Made by a program: the position numbers and the translations under genes. From Rhizobium sp. Q54 (GTDB lineage Bacteria; Bacteroidota; Bacteroidia; Chitinophagales; Chitinophagaceae): a DNA stretch of 64,000 nucleotides. Below are positions 61,801 through 64,000 of the stretch, in pieces; the first letter of the stretch is position 1; every line of letters begins with the position of its first letter. The notes under the pieces were generated by a model, which saw only the letters and a list, made by a program, of their open reading frames with translations, was not told where the DNA came from and searched no databases. The stretch spans positions 22,440 to 86,439 of the forward strand of contig CALRLQ020000012.1 of NCBI GenBank assembly GCA_943368735.1, read 5' to 3'.

Positions 61801-64000
61801 TTGCATTTTGAAAACTGAGTGTTGTAGCAGCAACATTTAGAACTCCAGCAGTTAATGTTAATGTTCCATTTATGGTAAAAGGCTGATTGCCTAGAGTTAT
61901 ACCCCCAGCTCTGTTAATGGTTAAATTAGTGATAGATGGTGCTGATGTAAAAGCATTATCAGGAATGGTAAAACTTGTAGCATTCGTCCCAAAAGTTAAA
62001 CTACTAGCAGTTGCTATTGTTAAGGTGCCAGCAGTTCTAGTAATTGGACTAGCTCCAGTTTGAAAAATTAATGATGTATTTAAAATGTCAAAAACTCCAT
62101 TGGTTAAATTCAAAGTTCCATTTATAGTAAACGCTTGATTACCTATAGTCACACCACCAACTCTATTGATGGTAAGATTACCTAAACTAGGTGCTGTAGT
62201 AAACAAATCATTAGGAAGTATGAAGTTGGTTGCATTAGCACCAAAAACCAAATTACTACCAGTAGTAACGGTTAATGTGCCAGCAGTTCTAACAATAGGG
62301 GTAGCATTGTTTTGAAAAGTAAAAGTACTAGTAGCAACGCTCAATGCACCAGCAGTTAATGTAAGCGTTCCACTTAAAGTAATACCTTGGGTATTCCAAG
62401 TAAGGGCGTTAGTTCTATTTACAGTAAGGTTATTGATTGAAGGAGTTGCAGTAAAAGTACTTGCTGGAATTGTAAATGCAGTGCCACCCACATTTCCTGG
62501 TGTTCCAAATACTAAATTGGCTGTTGAGCCAAGTGTTAATGTTCCTGATGTTCTAGCTATTGGCGTATTGCCATTTTGAAAGGTAAGGGTGGTATTGAGA
62601 ACATTAAATACGCCAGCAGTTAATGTTAGTGTACCATTGATAGTAAAAGGCTGATTGCCAATAGTTATTCCCCCAGCTCTATTAATGGTTAAGTTGGTAA
62701 TAGATGGTGCTGTTGTAAAAGTATTATCAGGAATGGTAAAACTTGTAGCATTCGTCCCAAAAGTTAAACTACTAGCAGTTGCTATTGTTAAGTTTCCAGC
62801 AGTTCTAGTAATTGGAGTAGCCCCAGTTTGAAAAATTAATGATGTATTTAAAATATCGAAAACTCCATTGGTTAAGTTTAATGTGCCATTTATAGTAAAC
62901 GCTTGATTACCTATAGTCACACCACCAACTCTATTGATGGTAAGATTACCCAAACTAGGTGCAGCAGTAAATAAACCATTAGGAAGTGTGAAGTTGGTTG
63001 CATTGGCACCAAACACTAAATTACTACCAGTAGTAACGGTTAATGTGCCAGCAGTTCTAACAATAGGTGTAGCATTGTTTTGAAAAGTAAATGTACCTGT
63101 AGCAATGCTTAATACACCTGCAGTTAATGTAAGTGTTCCATCTAAAGTAATACCTTGCGTATTCCAAGTTAGCGTGTTGGTTCTATTAATGGTAAGATTA
63201 TTAATTGAAGGAGTTGCTGTAAATGTACTTGCAGGAATTGAAAATGCATTGCCACCTACATTTCCTGGTGTGCCAAAAATTAAATTGGCTGTTGAACCTA
63301 GTGTTAATGTTCCAGATGTTCTTGCAAAAGGCGTATTCCCATTCTGAAAAGTAAGTGTTGTATTAAGAACATTGAAAACACCAGCAGTTAATGTTAGTGT
63401 ACCATTTATAGTGAAAGGCTGATTACCAATAGTGACTCCCCCAGCTCTGTTAATGGTTAAGTTAGTAATAGCTGGTGCTGATGTAAAAGTATTATCCGGA
63501 ATGATAAAACTTGTAGCATTCGTTCCAAAAGATAAACTACTAGTAGTTGCTGTAGTTATTGTACCACTTGTTCTAACAATAGGGGTAGCAGCAGTTTGAA
63601 AACTTAATGTTGTATTCAAAATATTAAAAACTCCATCGGTTAAATTTAATGTGCCGTTTATCGTAAAAGATTGATTACCTACAGTTAAACCACCAGCTCT
63701 ATTAATGGTTAGGTTGTTTAAACTAGGTGCTGCTGTAAACAATGCATTTGGGAGTGTGAAGTTGGTTGCATTGGCACCAAACACTAAATTACTACCAGTA
63801 GTAACTGTTAGTGTGCCAGCAGTTCTAACAATAGGGGTAGCATTATTTTGAAAAGCAAATGTGCCACTAGCTACACTCAAAGCACCAGCAGTTAGTGTAA
63901 GAGTGCCATCTAAAGTAATACCTTGCGTATTCCAAGTAAGTAAATTGGTTCTATTAATGGTAAGATTATTAATAGAAGGAGTTGCTGTAAAAGTATTTGC
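58895..64000 (-). CDS. Giant T9SS-secreted cell-surface repeat protein (C-terminal ~1700 codons; 5' end beyond window)
   Basis: The frame stays open through position 64000; I translated 63881-64000 as ANTFTATPSINNLTINRTNLLTWNTQGITLDGTLTLTAGA. It has many ~85-aa T/N/G-rich units (..FTINGTLTLTAGVFNVLNTTLTFQN..), a non-repeat domain, an Fn3-like module, and a YPNPV...-type T9SS CTD at the C-terminus. Confidence 0.85.
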   Translation of the reverse strand, partial: ANTFTATPSINNLTINRTNLLTWNTQGITLDGTLTLTAGALSVASGTFAFQNNATPIVRTAGTLTVTTGSNLVFGANATNFTLPNALFTAAPSLNNLTINRAGGLTVGNQSFTINGTLNLTDGVFNILNTTLSFQTAATPIVRTSGTITTATTSSLSFGTNATSFIIPDNTFTSAPAITNLTINRAGGVTIGNQPFTINGTLTLTAGVFNVLNTTLTFQNGNTPFARTSGTLTLGSTANLIFGTPGNVGGNAFSIPASTFTATPSINNLTINRTNTLTWNTQGITLDGTLTLTAGVLSIATGTFTFQNNATPIVRTAGTLTVTTGSNLVFGANATNFTLPNGLFTAAPSLGNLTINRVGGVTIGNQAFTINGTLNLTNGVFDILNTSLIFQTGATPITRTAGNLTIATASSLTFGTNATSFTIPDNTFTTAPSITNLTINRAGGITIGNQPFTINGTLTLTAGVFNVLNTTLTFQNGNTPIARTSGTLTLGSTANLVFGTPGNVGGTAFTIPASTFTATPSINNLTVNRTNALTWNTQGITLSGTLTLTAGALSVATSTFTFQNNATPIVRTAGTLTVTTGSNLVFGANATNFILPNDLFTTAPSLGNLTINRVGGVTIGNQAFTINGTLNLTNGVFDILNTSLIFQTGASPITRTAGTLTIATASSLTFGTNATSFTIPDNAFTSAPSITNLTINRAGGITLGNQPFTINGTLTLTAGVLNVAATTLSFQNATTPIVTTAGTLTLTTNSNLVFDANAANFTLPTGLFTTAPSFNNLTVNRTGGLTLGNQSITINGTLTLTSGVFNIVNNTLTLQNSDIPLARTSGTLTVGTTASLIFGTLGNTSGAAFTIPNGFFTATPPVFTNFTINRTNELVLNATQGLTLSGNLNLIAGTLNNAGRNIGLTGNITGTGNVSGAGTVTMTGVSTTISGASISNLQLNNAAGFSLTGSPTITNTLTLTNGTLSVGANTVTFHTGNIPIARTTGLINLATTSSLVFGTDGNTGGNAFAIPNNTFSSSTPLFNNFTINRTNDLTLNNQNFSLRGTLNIIAGRLILPTSYLFTLKSTSITNTAMVSTVGATGSILYNTGAAFRVERFVGRISGNGVRAYRDFSPSVNSGSSTIFSNWQENGTNGLDGGFHYGTHITGVAGASPGGVDGATGFDITSAGSKSLFTYDISTINGSASWNAANSTNQTNDTLSAFKGYRLFVRGNRLINLYAGQPPILAAGVVLRSTGKLVTGDVVYSTSGVTANGGSNNNIRLNSASASGYTHIGNPYASIVNWDTLYADASTANISSSYTIYDPNVGTNGGFAVYNSTSGISAPVSSAINEYIQPGQAFFIQNTSTSPSITIKETHKATNVANFTNTFRSSNVGSKLYINLLRNVNAADVLMDGVALAFNQQFSNEIGKEDAFKISNTSENISIINKNNQLAIEGRKQPTVNDTFYFKIDQLVAGVNYKLEVLSDQFILNGLQAYLIDKFTNTEMVLPIGTNFRHSFTTNSNVNSFNQRFIIVFKPLTSLSVNFIQFHGTPINDYISLKWEVKESDIVKYSVERSANGQEFSYLGELPSTSSTSNSLQNYQWNDLHPLNNQNYYRIKAIGKDGKIVYSKTILIQLQKRNSEITIYPNPVKQQTFNLYLQDVEEDNNLNVKVYSLSGVLVHNVVIRHTSATSSHRVSLPNLAKATYIVKVLGKKLDTQLKLFVE
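60850..64000 (-). repeat. Intragenic tandem repeat array (~255-nt units in a 768-nt super-repeat)
   Basis: The string tttatagtaaacgcttgatt recurs at 62121 and 62889, and a diverged copy (tttatcgtaaaagattgatt) at 63657, a spacing of 768 nt = 256 codons. Flanking sequence is about nine-tenths identical by eye. Copies below ~61.9 kb are more diverged. Confidence 0.85.

Noticed and set aside
60606-63347. Plus-strand ORFs of 73-146 aa inside the giant repeat gene (60606-60827, 60858-61082, 61194-61634, 63105-63347).
   Set aside because: These are antisense shadows of a long, clearly coding repeat ORF. Their V/P/L-rich translations mirror the T/N/G-rich sense repeats and they recur only because the DNA is repeated.

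Overview
This is a gene-dense, low-GC segment (about one-third G+C by eye). It looks like Bacteroidota chromosome: T9SS C-terminal sorting domains, a hybrid two-component regulator with AraC output, lipoprotein signal peptides ending in Cys, and TAnnTTTG -7 boxes. Many ORF-track starts are TTG-initiated N-terminal extensions, so I re-set several starts to the internal ATG that gives a normal N-terminus. (1) Positions 1-19.5 kb hold a single minus-strand glycan-utilisation locus: a GH2 fragment, an HTCS regulator, two formylglycine-type sulfatases, a beta-helix protein, a SASA-type esterase, GH16, two PF11790/GH128-like hydrolases and a TonB-dependent barrel. No SusC/SusD pair is in view. (2) Positions 19.8-58.8 kb are mostly housekeeping genes (icd, dcd, pgi, ltaE, glnS, tilS, mgtE, mutS2, ychF, thiolase) mixed with sensor kinases, a GH53/CE4 pair, a GCS2 + ATP-grasp ligase pair split by a Uma2 gene, and a tight DUF2130 / kinase-like / M90-peptidase gene string. 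(3) Positions 58.9-64.0 kb hold the C-terminal 1.7 k codons of a giant T9SS-secreted repeat protein, with a 768-nt super-repeat that continues past the window end. I recognised no rRNA, tRNA, CRISPR array, transposase or integrase. The features I cannot explain are: (a) a family of degenerate period-7 (heptamer-word), strand-asymmetric tracts at gene boundaries, one of which sits in frame inside tilS while another ends a retropepsin-like gene fragment; (b) a GC-rich composite motif (GTTGAAG..GTGCGACGC..ACTACAG) present four times; (c) a 1-kb ORF-poor gap with a terminator-flanked 50-codon Cys-rich sORF; (d) the DUF2130 / kinase-like / peptidase string. I cannot show that any of these is a new system. 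Each is given with the test that would decide it.
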